Positions 54,271-62,841 of a DNA stretch of 64,000 nucleotides are shown in pieces. Source of the DNA: Longimicrobiales bacterium (GTDB lineage: Bacteria > Gemmatimonadota > Gemmatimonadetes > Longimicrobiales > Gaopeijiaceae); the NCBI GenBank assembly GCA_965223925.1, contig OZ245028.1:2914022-2978021 (forward strand), read 5' to 3'. The translations under genes and the position numbers were made by a program. The notes beneath the pieces were generated by a model that saw only the letters and a program-made list of their open reading frames with translations, did no database searches and had not been told where the DNA came from. Every line of letters starts with the position of its first letter. Positions within the stretch are counted from its first letter, which is position 1.

Positions 54271-55260
54271 ATGGCCAGTGCTGAGCAGCTCAAGGCGTTG
54301 CTGAGGTCGCATCTGGAAGGCGACAACGACCGGTTTATCTCGGTCGCCATGCAGCTCGCCGCTCACGAAGCGAGGCTGGGCCACGGTAAACTGGCCACCG
54401 ATCTGCGCGACATCATTGATCAGGCCAAGAGCCGCCGTGAAGCGGGATCTCCGGTGCCGATCAGCCGGCCGCGCGGAGAGTTGGCCAACCTCCTGGAGGC
54501 TTCCTACCCCAAGTCACGGCTGGGGGACATGATCCTTGGAGAGACCCTCGCGGATCGGATCAAACGTGTCATTCGTGAGCAGCGCCATGCCGGGCGAATC
54601 CTGGATCACGGTCTTTTTCCAAGGCGGAAGCTCATGCTTGTGGGCCCTCCGGGCACCGGAAAGACGCTTACCGCGTCGGTCCTGGCGGGCGAACTCGGTC
54701 TTCCTCTGCTTCAGGTCCGCCTCGACGGCCTCATCACGAGATTCATGGGCGAGACCGCGGCCAAGCTGAGGCAGATCTTCGACGCCACCGACCAGACCCG
54801 GGGCGTGTATTTCTTCGACGAGTTCGACGCCATCGGTTCGAAACGCGCGATTGCCAACGATGTGGGGGAGATCCGGCGGGTGCTGAACAGCTTCCTCCAG
54901 ATGATTGAGCAGGACCGCTCCCACAGCATGGTGATGGCGGCGACCAATCATCCCGGCATACTCGACCGCGCACTCTTCCGCCGCTTTGACGACATCCTTC
55001 ACTTCGAGCTGCCGGACGAGTCGCAGATCGCCAAGTTGCTGAAGATGCGACTTGCCGCGGCGACGCAGCGGTCGATCGCATGGAGTGACCTCGCGAGCCG
55101 AGCCGTCGGGCTAAGCTACGCGGAGGTAGCACGGGCCGCGGACGATGTGATCAAGGATGCGCTGGTTTCTCGCCGTTCCCGGGTCCGGGAGCAGGAGATC
55201 CGCGCGATGCTTGAGGAGCTGAAGGCGACCCGTGAGCGGTTCGGGAAGCAACGGGCGTAG
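54271..55260 (+). CDS. ietA: AAA+ ATPase, IetA-like partner of the downstream S8 protease.
   Basis: Walker A LVGPPGTGKT and Walker B VYFFDEFDAIG. AATNHPGILDRALFRRFD (sensor / Arg finger region). Confidence 0.8.
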   Translation: MASAEQLKALLRSHLEGDNDRFISVAMQLAAHEARLGHGKLATDLRDIIDQAKSRREAGSPVPISRPRGELANLLEASYPKSRLGDMILGETLADRIKRVIREQRHAGRILDHGLFPRRKLMLVGPPGTGKTLTASVLAGELGLPLLQVRLDGLITRFMGETAAKLRQIFDATDQTRGVYFFDEFDAIGSKRAIANDVGEIRRVLNSFLQMIEQDRSHSMVMAATNHPGILDRALFRRFDDILHFELPDESQIAKLLKMRLAAATQRSIAWSDLASRAVGLSYAEVARAADDVIKDALVSRRSRVREQEIRAMLEELKATRERFGKQRA

Positions 55261-55278
55261 TCAGAGCGCGATCTCGAG

Positions 55279-57789
55279 ATGGCGAACGGAAGCGAAGGGA
55301 AGAATCAACACTTCATTCTCAAAGACGTAACGGAGACTGAGGCGTACAGCTATCCGGGTGGTGGTGGCGGCGATGGTTCTAACATTCCCGAACGCGATCG
55401 TACCGCACACGCCGCGGCCCTGCGAGGGCAACTGGACGCGGTTCGCGAAAACGCGGAGACCGCGGCAAATGCCCAGCGGGACGCCGGCATCGAAGAGGGT
55501 TTGGGACTTCAGGTCGAGTTCGAGAGTTTCCCCGATGTGGAGTTGGTGTTTGAGAGCCTGGCACGAGAGAAATCGGGAATCGAATTGCTGAATGTACGCC
55601 ATGAGGACAAGATCACTCTGGCAACTGTCTTCGTGCCCGACGGCAAGCTCGATCACTTCGAGAACCTACTCGTAGCCTATCTCGAACGCCGTGAGGATAG
55701 CCTCGGTCGCCCTCGAGACAGCAGGCTGCTACTCGACGCTATCCGACAGATCCGGGCGGCCAGTATTCGGGCACTCTGGACCGATGACCGTGGAGCCTTC
55801 CCCACCACCGAAGATGAGCCGGTGTGGTGGGAAGTGTGGCTACCGGTCAGGACGGATCGGCAAGCGACGACCGCCGCGTTTCGCGAGAGATCCGATCTCC
55901 AGGGAATGCGTTTGGCCAAAGGAGAGCTGAGATTCCCGGAGCGTACCGTCCTCTTGGCACAGGCTTCTGTGGAACAGATGCGAGCATCCATGGTCACGCT
56001 GAACAACATCGCCGAGTTGCGGCGCCCGAAGGAAACAGCGGAGTTCTTCGATACTCTGCTTCCTTCGGAGCAACTGGAATGGCTTGAAGACCTGCTGGCC
56101 AGGACTCGATACCCGTCCAGCGCCGAAGATGTCCCTTATGTCTGTCTCCTTGATACTGGAGTCAACCGCGGTCATCGGTTGCTCGCCCCCGCGCTGGCTG
56201 TAGATGACCTGCATACGGTCGAGCCTGGTTGGGGAACCGACGACGCCGACGGCCACGGGACGGAAATGGCAGGACTCGCTCTTGGTGGGGACTTGGCAGA
56301 ATTGTTGGACGCAAGCGGTCCGGTGGACCTCAGACACCGGCTGGAGTCCGTGAAACTGCTGCCCCGCGATGGGACAACCGGGACCGATCCCGAGCACCAC
56401 GGATACCTGACCGTCGAAGGAGTCGCGCGGCCCGAGATTCCTGCTCCGGACCGGCCAAGGGTTTTCGGCATGACCATCACGGCTCGCGACAACCGGGACC
56501 GGGGACGTCCGTCAGCATGGTCATCAGCCATCGATGCCTTGGCGGCCGACTCGGACGGACATGGAGGCCATCCGCGGATGCTCGTGGTATCCGCAGGCAA
56601 CGTCAACGACCCCACGGCGTGGGGCAACTATCCCGAGAGTAACGACTCGGACGGCGTACACGACCCAGCCCAGGCGTGGAACGTGCTTACGGTCGGCGCA
56701 TGCACCGACCTGGTATCGATAACCGAGCCAGACACCCAAGGACTTGAGCCAATCGCCCCGAAGGGTGGCCTGAGCCCCTTTAGCACCACATCTCTGCCGT
56801 GGCAGGGACATTGGCCAATCAAGCCGGACGTGGTATTGGAAGGCGGGAACGTCGCAAGGGACTCCTTGGGCGCCGTAACGATCCCGAGTCTCAGTCTCTT
56901 GACGACGAGCTATCGTCCAGCGATGCGATCCTTCACCACAAGCCACGCCACCAGCGCGGCGACCGCTCTTGCGTCCCGACTCGCAGCGCAGGTGATGGAA
57001 GCATATCCGGGCCTCTGGCCAGAGACGGTTCGCGGGTTGATCGTCCATTCTGCGGAGTGGACCGATGCAATGAAAGCCGCGTACTTGCCCGAAGGTCAGA
57101 GTCCATCCAAACGCGATTGCCAGAAGCTGCTACGTCGTTGCGGCTTCGGCGTACCGGATCTGGAACGCGCGCGCTGGAGCGTCGCCAATTCTCTGACCAT
57201 GGTTGTTCAAGAGACCCTGGTCCCATTCAAGCGCCGCAAGTCAGGAAATGTGGTGAGTCGCGAGATGCATATCCACAATCTGCCTTGGCCGCAGGAGGCC
57301 CTGGAAGCCCTGGGAGAGACGCCGGTCGAGATGCGCGTTACTCTCTCTTACTTCATTGAGCCGAACCCGTCTCGGCGGGGCGTCACGTCCCGATATCGAT
57401 ATGAGTCACATGGTCTCCGCTTCGACGTCAAGCGACCGCTCGAATCGATCGACGGCTTCCGCGGTCGAATCAGCGCAGCGGCGCGTGACGACAAATACGA
57501 AAGCGGTGGGGGCGGTGGCGATCCGTCATGGCTGATCGGTACCCAAGGCCGCCATCGCGGATCGATTCATGGTGACATTTGGCGTGGGAGCGCGGCCGAT
57601 CTCGCCAGCCGGGGGTACATCGCCGTCTATCCTACCTCGGGATGGTGGAAGACACGGCAAACACTAAAGCACTACGATAGAGACGTGCGGTATGCCCTGG
57701 TCGTGAGTATCCGGGCGCCGGAGGTTGACGTCGACCTATACACCGAGGTGGCGAACCGGATTGATGTCGGGGTGCCGGTAGAGATCTGA
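55279..57789 (+). CDS. ietS: S8 (subtilisin-like) serine peptidase with a large N-terminal extension, IetS-like.
   Basis: Catalytic Asp CLLDTGVNRGH, His DGHGTEMAGLAL, Ser SHATSAATALASRLAA. It starts 18 nt after the ATPase stop. Confidence 0.8.
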   Translation: MANGSEGKNQHFILKDVTETEAYSYPGGGGGDGSNIPERDRTAHAAALRGQLDAVRENAETAANAQRDAGIEEGLGLQVEFESFPDVELVFESLAREKSGIELLNVRHEDKITLATVFVPDGKLDHFENLLVAYLERREDSLGRPRDSRLLLDAIRQIRAASIRALWTDDRGAFPTTEDEPVWWEVWLPVRTDRQATTAAFRERSDLQGMRLAKGELRFPERTVLLAQASVEQMRASMVTLNNIAELRRPKETAEFFDTLLPSEQLEWLEDLLARTRYPSSAEDVPYVCLLDTGVNRGHRLLAPALAVDDLHTVEPGWGTDDADGHGTEMAGLALGGDLAELLDASGPVDLRHRLESVKLLPRDGTTGTDPEHHGYLTVEGVARPEIPAPDRPRVFGMTITARDNRDRGRPSAWSSAIDALAADSDGHGGHPRMLVVSAGNVNDPTAWGNYPESNDSDGVHDPAQAWNVLTVGACTDLVSITEPDTQGLEPIAPKGGLSPFSTTSLPWQGHWPIKPDVVLEGGNVARDSLGAVTIPSLSLLTTSYRPAMRSFTTSHATSAATALASRLAAQVMEAYPGLWPETVRGLIVHSAEWTDAMKAAYLPEGQSPSKRDCQKLLRRCGFGVPDLERARWSVANSLTMVVQETLVPFKRRKSGNVVSREMHIHNLPWPQEALEALGETPVEMRVTLSYFIEPNPSRRGVTSRYRYESHGLRFDVKRPLESIDGFRGRISAAARDDKYESGGGGGDPSWLIGTQGRHRGSIHGDIWRGSAADLASRGYIAVYPTSGWWKTRQTLKHYDRDVRYALVVSIRAPEVDVDLYTEVANRIDVGVPVEI

Positions 57790-57897
57790 ACGGGGCGACC
57801 TGGTCGGTCGCGGAGTCGGTTGCCTGACCCCCAGCAGGCTGACCGGGTTCGCGCCGGTATGATAAGATGCATCGCAATTGAGATACAGGAGGCCCGA

Positions 57898-58179
57898 ATG
57901 AAGACACATAGTTCGATGCTGCACGTCCAGATGGACACCGAGATGAAGCGGAAGGCGACAGCGGCGCTCGCGGCGATGGGGCTGACGGCCTCGGAGGTCG
58001 TGCGGCTGCTGTTCCACCGCATCACCATCGATCAGGCGTTCCCGCTCGAACTCAAGGTACCGAACGCGCAAACCCGGAGGGCCATGGCCGAGGTCGACGA
58101 AATGGTGAAGACGCGCGCGGCCCGATTCGCGAGCGCGGACGAGGTGTTTGCGGAAATTGAAGAAGCCAGCAGCCAGTAG
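57898..58179 (+). CDS. DinJ/RelB-family antitoxin with no cognate toxin gene (orphan).
   Basis: CAGGAGG RBS. MLHVQMDTEMKRKATAALAAMGLTASEVVRLLFHRITIDQAFPLELKVPNAQTRRAM fits the ribbon-helix-helix DinJ pattern. Confidence 0.75.
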   Translation: MKTHSSMLHVQMDTEMKRKATAALAAMGLTASEVVRLLFHRITIDQAFPLELKVPNAQTRRAMAEVDEMVKTRAARFASADEVFAEIEEASSQ

Positions 58180-59416
58180 ACGGGCCAACCGTTCAAAGGA
58201 CCGCCGGCGAGGGCATTCCCTGTCACGCCGAAGCCACCTCGCTTTTGTGCTGACGGTAGGGGTCGGGGCCTGCGGAGGCGACCTCTCCACCCCCACCCAC
58301 GCCCCACCCCAAATCCAGGACAGCACGGGCATCCGACTCGTCACCTACGACCACACCCCAACCGCCGCCGCCCCCTTCCAGCTCGCCCCCGCACCCCTCT
58401 ACCGCCACGGCACCAACCCGGGTGACTATTCCTTTCAGGAGGTCAGCGTCGGTCGCCTCATACCGGACGGCCGAGCGGTCGTCTACGACCCGTGGAACGC
58501 CGAACTGGTTGCATTCGGCCCCGACGGAACGACACACGAAGTCCTCGCCACGGAAGGAGAGGGACCAGGGGAAGTCAGCTACGTCGCCGCCATACTCCCG
58601 CTTGAGCAGGACAGCGTCCTGATCGCCGACCCCGGCCTCGCCCGCGCGACCCTCTTCGTCGGCGGGTCGGTCGCGCGCATCACGGCCCTCCCGCGCGGTG
58701 CCCGCCTCCGCGTTGAGGGAATCGGTTCCTCCGGCGAGTTGTTGCTGGCCACTGCCGGGGGCGCGTGGGGCTTCGAAGGGGATTGGCTCCCCGGGCACAT
58801 GGCCCGGTTCGACATGGAGACCGGCGCCCTCGACACGGTCGCATCGTACGATTTCTGGCCGCGCACCCCACCGCGGCTGGAGCGGAACCCGATCGGTGCA
58901 GTCGGCGAGGTCATGGTCGCCACTGGGCACTTCGTTTACACCAGGTCCGACAAGGCGGAAGTCACCTGGCGTCTGCCCGACGGCACCGTCACGCAGATCG
59001 TCCGATGGCAGGCCGAGCCGGCTCTTCTGACCGAGGAATGGCTGGCACCCATCGAGGCCGGGCACCGGATGCAGGCTCGCATGCACAGGCCCGACCTTTC
59101 CGATGCCCGGATCGCGGAAAACACCCGGAGTGACATGGCGGCCTATCACGCCACTATCGGCTGGCCGCTGCCACTCTTCGGTTCCCCGTTCGCCGACGCC
59201 GAAGGAAGGGTATGGCTACCCTCCTACAAGCCGGGCAGCGCGCGCCACAGCATGGCGCCCTATACGGTGATCGCGCCCGACGGGCAGTGGCTGGGCGCGG
59301 TGGAGGCTCCGCCCGGGTTTCATATTCTCGATGTCGCCGCCGGGCTCGTCCTCGGTGTGGAGCGGGATGAGATGGATGTGGAGAGTGTGGTGGTGTATGA
59401 GTTGGTGGGGGGGTAG
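58148..59416 (+). CDS. GEGPGE-motif beta-propeller lipoprotein paralogue (subtype A). Start uncertain.
   Basis: Lipobox VGVGAC. TEGEGPGEVSYV. Ends DEMDVESVVVYELVGG*. The position homologous to the ATG of 35498 is CTG here. The longest ORF uses TTG 58148 inside the DinJ 3' end. Confidence 0.7.
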   Translation: MRKLKKPAASRRANRSKDRRRGHSLSRRSHLAFVLTVGVGACGGDLSTPTHAPPQIQDSTGIRLVTYDHTPTAAAPFQLAPAPLYRHGTNPGDYSFQEVSVGRLIPDGRAVVYDPWNAELVAFGPDGTTHEVLATEGEGPGEVSYVAAILPLEQDSVLIADPGLARATLFVGGSVARITALPRGARLRVEGIGSSGELLLATAGGAWGFEGDWLPGHMARFDMETGALDTVASYDFWPRTPPRLERNPIGAVGEVMVATGHFVYTRSDKAEVTWRLPDGTVTQIVRWQAEPALLTEEWLAPIEAGHRMQARMHRPDLSDARIAENTRSDMAAYHATIGWPLPLFGSPFADAEGRVWLPSYKPGSARHSMAPYTVIAPDGQWLGAVEAPPGFHILDVAAGLVLGVERDEMDVESVVVYELVGG

Positions 59417-59420
59417 CTGC

Positions 59421-59637
59421 ACTCCACCATGATCCAGTACTTGTAGTCGCCCAGGAAGAGGTACTTGCGTCTCTCGTGGAAGAACTGGCACTCGACACCC
59501 TCGCCCCGGTTGATGCGGTCGCAGAAGCCGCCACCAAGAACTGCGGCACCGTGCTTCGCAGCCACGTTTTTTCGCACAGCGTGCCCCTTGTACCGGTGGA
59601 CGCGGCCTTCGCGCTGCTCGAGCTCGATTGCGTTAGA
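59421..59637 (-). pseudogene. SF2 helicase remnant, part downstream of the IS insertion (motif VI onward).
   Basis: ...SNAIELEQREGRVHRYKGHAVRKNVA... (Q.EGR..R motif VI). Confidence 0.6.
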
Positions 59638-61603
59638 CCGAAGTTCGGCCGCTGGGGGGTGGGTCAAGTCGTTGTAGGGCGGTGACATAGCTCGGATCGG
59701 CGGGTGTACGCTACTGGGTACGGGTCAAGGGCGGATGCCGAGGAGACGGAAGGCCTTGGCCTGGAGCGGTGTGGGGCGGGCAAGCATGTCGGCGGTCATG
59801 GCACCGGGGACGGCGGGCCGTACACGGTTGCGGGTCAGGGTGGCGAGATCGCCGAGCAGGCTCCGGAAGCTGTGGACGGGCAGGCCGTCGGGCGTGCGTT
59901 TCCTGCCCGCCTTGGCACGTGCGGCCTTCGAGCGCTGGGCGGGCGCGACGGGCGAGGAACGGCCGGCTTCGGCGGCGGCCGGGTCGTCGTCGTCGAAGAG
60001 CATCGGCGCCAGGGCGCGGCGCATGTGCCACTCGACGTAGTAGGCGAGCATGCAGAGGAAGACGTGGGCGCGGACGCGCCCCTCGAGGCGGTGGTGGACG
60101 GGCCGCACCTTGAGATCCACCCCCTTGAAGCTGCGGAAGGCGCGCTCGACCCGGCTGAGGCTCTTGTAGGCCCGGACCGCGTCTTCGGGCCCGAGCTCCT
60201 TGGCGGCCACGTTGGTGCGGATCACGTAGATGCCGTCCAGCGCCGCCTCCGCGGCGATGCGCGCCTCGTCGCGCTCGTACGAGAAGCCGTCCTCGCTCGC
60301 GGTGGTCGTGAAGTGCTTGCCGACCTTGTGGGCGCGCAGGGCCCGGTCGGCGCGCACGGCGATGTCCTTCGTGCCCCGCAGGGGGCGGTTCTCGCGCTTC
60401 GTGGCCCGGACGACCAGGTCGAGCTTGGCCTCCGTGGCCGCCAGCAGCGCCTCGCGCTTGCGGGCCCGCTCGGCGGCCAGCAGCGGGTTGCGGCAGACGA
60501 TGAGCCGCTCGTCCGGATAGAGCTCTGGCGCGGAGATCTCGGCGAGGTCCTGGGTGTCGAAGATCGACAGCTGCAAGTCGCCGCCGGAAACCAGCTTGCG
60601 GATCTTCGGAGCCCGCAGCGCGGTGATCCAGCGCAGCCCCGCCGGCTCGACATCCTCCCGGACGCGGGCGTCGGTCAGCAGCCCCCTGTCTCCGACCAGC
60701 ACGATGCGAGACAGCGAGAAGCGCGCGGCGAGCTTCTCGGCCTGGGAGGCCACGGCGCCGGGATCGGCCGTGTTGCCACGGAAGACCTCGGCGGCCACCG
60801 GACAGCCGTCCCGGTCGCAGAGCAGGGCGAAGACGATCTGCAGCTTGCCGCGCCTGCCGTCGCGGGAGTAGCCGCGCTTGGCCAGCGGGCACTTCGCGCC
60901 CTCGAAGTACACCGAGGTCAGGTCGCAGAGCACGAGCGAGCCGTCCTCGATGTGCTTCGCCGCCAGGGTCCGCTCGATGCGCTTCTGCCGCCGGAGCAGC
61001 CAGTCCATCGCCTCGTAGAGTTCCTCCGCCGTCGCGTCCGCCGTGCCGGTCTCCTCGCCCAGCGTGTCGGCCAGGGTCTCGGAGCTGAGGCCGCGGGCGG
61101 TGGCGAGCTTCGAGCGCGGGTCGAGGACGCGCGCCGCGATCATCGCCAGCGCCAGCGACCGCATCCGCGACGGACGGCGGTCCAGCAGTCTCTCGAGGCC
61201 CAGCGTGCGGGCCGTGCCCAGCACGGCGGCGGCGTGTCCGTGGGGGCGGGAGCGCAGGATCTCGAAAGCGTCGCCGAAGGACTTCAGGGCGACGCCGCCC
61301 TTGAGCAGGATGCGCAGCCCGTCCACGATTTCGTCGGGCAACTTCGACAGGTTGGCCAGGGTGCGCTTCCTGACCTTGCCGCCCTCGCGGAAGGACTCGC
61401 GCAGGAGCACGGCGGGCGGGGAGTTCCGATTGGGCACGCGTTCGATATACATGACTATGATCGTAACGACTATCATGTATCATGTCAACGGTATAGCCTT
61501 GTTATTACATGGGTACATATATCCCATACGAGAACTGGTGTCAAGTCCCGTGCCCACAACAGGTTACGGCCAGGAATCAGCCCGATTCGGGCCCGAACTT
61601 CGG
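59638..61603 (-). mobile_element. Complete IS1634-family (IS4-like) insertion sequence, ~1.97 kb, with terminal inverted repeats and a 6-7-bp target-site duplication.
   Basis: The ends are CCGAAGTTCGGCCGC... and ...GGGCCCGAACTTCGG. GTTAGA(C) is present at 59632-59637 and 61604-61609. Confidence 0.8.
59725..61452 (-). CDS. IS1634-family DDE transposase.
   Basis: MYIERVPNRNSPPAVLLRESFREGGKVRKRTLANLSKLP... is the characteristic IS1634-family N-terminus. The 575-aa ORF fills the element. Confidence 0.85.
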   Translation of the reverse strand: MYIERVPNRNSPPAVLLRESFREGGKVRKRTLANLSKLPDEIVDGLRILLKGGVALKSFGDAFEILRSRPHGHAAAVLGTARTLGLERLLDRRPSRMRSLALAMIAARVLDPRSKLATARGLSSETLADTLGEETGTADATAEELYEAMDWLLRRQKRIERTLAAKHIEDGSLVLCDLTSVYFEGAKCPLAKRGYSRDGRRGKLQIVFALLCDRDGCPVAAEVFRGNTADPGAVASQAEKLAARFSLSRIVLVGDRGLLTDARVREDVEPAGLRWITALRAPKIRKLVSGGDLQLSIFDTQDLAEISAPELYPDERLIVCRNPLLAAERARKREALLAATEAKLDLVVRATKRENRPLRGTKDIAVRADRALRAHKVGKHFTTTASEDGFSYERDEARIAAEAALDGIYVIRTNVAAKELGPEDAVRAYKSLSRVERAFRSFKGVDLKVRPVHHRLEGRVRAHVFLCMLAYYVEWHMRRALAPMLFDDDDPAAAEAGRSSPVAPAQRSKAARAKAGRKRTPDGLPVHSFRSLLGDLATLTRNRVRPAVPGAMTADMLARPTPLQAKAFRLLGIRP

Positions 61604-61760
61604 GTTAGACGGCAGGTTCCAGTGCATGACGGCGTGGCAGTCGGCGTGGTAGTCCAGCCCCTCATGGCCGACGGACGTGAACGCGAGGACGAAGCGCCAG
61701 AAGGTGGAGTTGAAGGCCTGGCGCACCTGCCCCTCGCGCGCACCCGCCCTGCCGTCGTCA
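61604..61760 (-). pseudogene. SF2 helicase remnant, part upstream of the IS insertion (motif V region). The remainder of the gene is absent.
   Basis: QVRQAFNSTFWRFVLAFTSVGHEGLDYHADCHAVMHWNLPSN. No helicase-like sequence is visible further upstream. Confidence 0.55.
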
Positions 61761-62090
61761 CTCTCCTGGGCGCCGAACCGCATGGCGAAGTGGTGACGCG
61801 TGCGGCGGTGCTGATTTGGAAGCCCTGCACGCCCAGATCGACGCGGGGTTCCGACGGGTCTTGCCGGAACTGCGCGGACTCCGCGGGCGCGGGGTCGGGC
61901 TGGCCGCGGTGCCGGCGCCCACCACCACCAACAGCAGAATCCGCCCGGCACGGCCTCAACGTCCGGCACGACCCCAACGCCCAGCGCGGCCTCGACGCCC
62001 GACGCGACCTCGGCGGTGAGAAGGGATCAACATCAATCGGAAGGCGGACTATGTTGCGCTGGTTGAAGCGGGCAGGTGAATGGGTGTTGA

Positions 62091-62129
62091 CGTTAGTCCG
62101 CCATATCAGGAGTGAAACGGCGGACAAAC
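62091..62129. repeat. Palindromic repeat, copy D.
   Basis: gttagtccgccatatcaggagtgaaacggcggacaaac. Confidence 0.7.
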
Positions 62130-62231
62130 AGGCTTGAGGCGCTAGACGGCGTCGATGAAGGGAGGCTTGAGTGTGCCGCGCGGCCATGGCCGCCCCGCGA
62201 AGCTCCGTTGCTGCGAGCGAGCCCGGGTTCG

Positions 62232-62522
62232 CTAACCGTCCAGCTCGATCCTCAGATTGAGGCCCAGAACGTTCGCGGCCGCGGTGAGCGTGTCGAGGCG
62301 GATGTGGTCGTTATCGGGGTCGAGAATCCGGTCCAGTTGGCTCCGACTCGTGCGCATCGCTCGAGCCATGGCACTCTTGCTCATCTGCCTTCTCTCCATG
62401 GCCTGCTCCAACTGCCAAGCCAGAACGCGCTTGACCGCATTGGTAGTGGTCTCCTCGAGGGTTCCCTGCTCGGCCAAGTAGTCCTCGAAGGAGGAGCCGA
62501 TGCGTCCCATTCTCTGCGTCAT
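62232..62522 (-). CDS. XRE-family HTH protein (HigA-type antitoxin-like) with no adjacent toxin gene.
   Basis: AAGGA RBS. MTQRMGRIGSSFEDYLAEQGTLEE....MSKSAMARAMRTSRSQLDRILDP. Confidence 0.75.
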   Translation of the reverse strand: MTQRMGRIGSSFEDYLAEQGTLEETTTNAVKRVLAWQLEQAMERRQMSKSAMARAMRTSRSQLDRILDPDNDHIRLDTLTAAANVLGLNLRIELDG

Positions 62523-62596
62523 GACGTGATTTCCTTTGCTCTTTGGGCAACGCTCGACCGCACCTCCCAGAGTCCGCCGCCCAGATTCCACCCCGT

Positions 62597-62633
62597 GGTA
62601 CCTCATAAGGTACATAGTACCATGAATCGTACA
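62597..62633. promoter_or_regulatory. Array of GTAC-core palindromes (GGTACC, GGTACATAGTACC, CGTACA) upstream of the XRE gene; operator-like.
   Basis: GTAC cores start at 62598, 62610, 62617 and 62629 (spacing 12/7/12), 75-110 bp upstream of the ATG at 62522. Confidence 0.4.
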
Positions 62634-62841
62634 AAGTGCGTCAAGCGGAGGTCGATCCACTTGGTGACCGAGAACCGGGCCAACTTGCGGCAGTCCGATC
62701 ACCATCCGGTCAACGGATGATGGGAGGGCTTGGGCAAAGCGTTCGGAGGATCGACCACGAGCCAGGTGGATTGACCGACCGTCGCAATCACGTTACTCTA
62801 ATTTACAGAGTACTCTATCATCATTGCAACCGAGGCCTGGC

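Noticed and set aside
35325-59410. G7-G8 homopolymer tracts at the stop codons of several propeller paralogues (35330, 36693, 43076, 45472, 59407), considered as phase-variation switches.
   Set aside because: The tracts simply encode the conserved terminal Gly-Gly. A slip would alter only the last residues, so no on/off effect is evident. They might still be sequencing-error prone.
59704-61608. The 634-aa plus-strand ORF and the 590-aa alternative minus-strand frame within the IS element.
   Set aside because: Only the 59725..61452 minus frame carries the IS1634 transposase signature. The others are Arg/Gly/Ala-rich shadow ORFs.
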